Shown here: piece by piece, positions 63,327 to 64,000 of the stretch
Layout of the letters: each line of letters opens with the position of its first letter
How positions within the stretch are numbered: position 1 is the first letter of the stretch
DNA from: Gammaproteobacteria bacterium
GTDB taxonomy: Bacteria; Pseudomonadota; Gammaproteobacteria; Eutrophobiales; Eutrophobiaceae
Direction: 5' to 3'
Length of the DNA: 64,000 bases
Assembly: GCA_965116495.1 (NCBI GenBank)
Contig: OZ220696.1
Span: forward strand, 3,808,001-3,872,000
Notes under the pieces: generated by a model
Told to the model about the DNA's origin: nothing
What the model saw: only the letters and a program-made list of their open reading frames with translations
Database searches by the model: none
Position numbers and translations under genes: made by a program

Positions 63327-64000
63327 GTGTCTGACAATCAGGCTGTTATCGATCAGTTTCTTGATACCCTGTGGCTTGAGCGGGGCTTGAGTGAAAACAC
63401 CTTAAGCGCTTACCGTAGCGATCTTTATTCATATTCGAACTGGCTGAAGAATGCCTCCGCTGATCTGCTGGAGTCAAGGCCCGAGGATATCCTGGGTTAC
63501 CTGGCCTCGTTGAACAGCATGTCTGCTCGTACCAGCGCGCGCCGCCTGTCTTCGCTGCGCCGTTTCTTCCAGTATCTCGCCAGGGAAGGGCACATCAACC
63601 ATGACCCCTGTGCCCGGATAGCGGCGCCGCGCATCGGCCGGCCGTTACCGAAATCGCTGACTGAGGAGGAAGTAAAGGGGCTGCTTGCAGCACCGGATAC
63701 CTCGACAGCAATCGGCCTGCGCGACCGCACCATGCTGGAAGTTTTGTATGCGACCGGGCTGAGAGTATCGGAACTGGTCAGCCTGCAACTGGGGCAGGTG
63801 AATTTAAGGCAGGGGGTAGTCCGGGTCATCGGCAAAGGCAACAAGGAACGGCTCGTACCGTTGGGGGAAGAAGCGGTCGATTGGCTGGAAAAATTCATCC
63901 GCCAGGGCCGCGCCGAACTGTTGCAGGGGCCGCCTGCAGCAACGCTGTTTCCCAGTCGCCGCGGCCGCATGATGACGCGCCAGACTTTCTGGTACGCGCT
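63327..64000 (+). CDS. xerD: Tyrosine recombinase XerD (runs off the window)
   Basis: Manual translation: FLDTLWLERGLSENTLSAYRSDL...LRDRTMLEVLYATGLRVSEL...GKGNKER; absent from the ORF track because there is no stop in the window. Confidence 0.95.
   Translation, partial: MSDNQAVIDQFLDTLWLERGLSENTLSAYRSDLYSYSNWLKNASADLLESRPEDILGYLASLNSMSARTSARRLSSLRRFFQYLAREGHINHDPCARIAAPRIGRPLPKSLTEEEVKGLLAAPDTSTAIGLRDRTMLEVLYATGLRVSELVSLQLGQVNLRQGVVRVIGKGNKERLVPLGEEAVDWLEKFIRQGRAELLQGPPAATLFPSRRGRMMTRQTFWYA

Noticed and set aside
63327-64000. Tyrosine recombinase as an island integrase
   Set aside because: Sequence and position after rplS fit housekeeping XerD

Overview
Gammaproteobacterial chromosome segment in two parts. 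(1) About 1-14.6 kb is an accessory defence island. It holds a Type I R-M locus (hsdM, hsdS, hsdR) with an RloC-like ABC-ATPase and a RhuM gene between hsdS and hsdR, an Mrr-type nuclease with two winged-helix domains, a broken HEPN/Toprim-type gene, several gene relics (including a second copy of the hsdM 3' end) and a phage-type lipoprotein. (2) About 14.6-64 kb is mostly core genome: tolC, thiC, glnE, aas, mltD, rnhA-dnaQ, argD-argF, surE-pcm-nlpD-rpoS, adk, mrcB, tRNA-fMet-rimP-nusA-infB-rbfA-truB-rpsO-pnp, metA, rpsP-rimM-trmD-rplS and xerD. It also has an SPL-like radical SAM/nucleosidase/GT2/SDR cluster and an atypical PQQ-type protein. The most striking unannotated signal is a dense set of small non-autonomous repeat families in the intergenic spaces: inverted heptamer arrays, GGGGWC REP-like doublets, and TIR-bounded MITEs. 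The MITE ends contain in-frame ATGs for three downstream genes, and many of their hairpins present GGA loops resembling CsrA/RsmA sites; one such repeat sits in frame inside a CDS. All family calls come from motif recognition by eye; no database searches were run.
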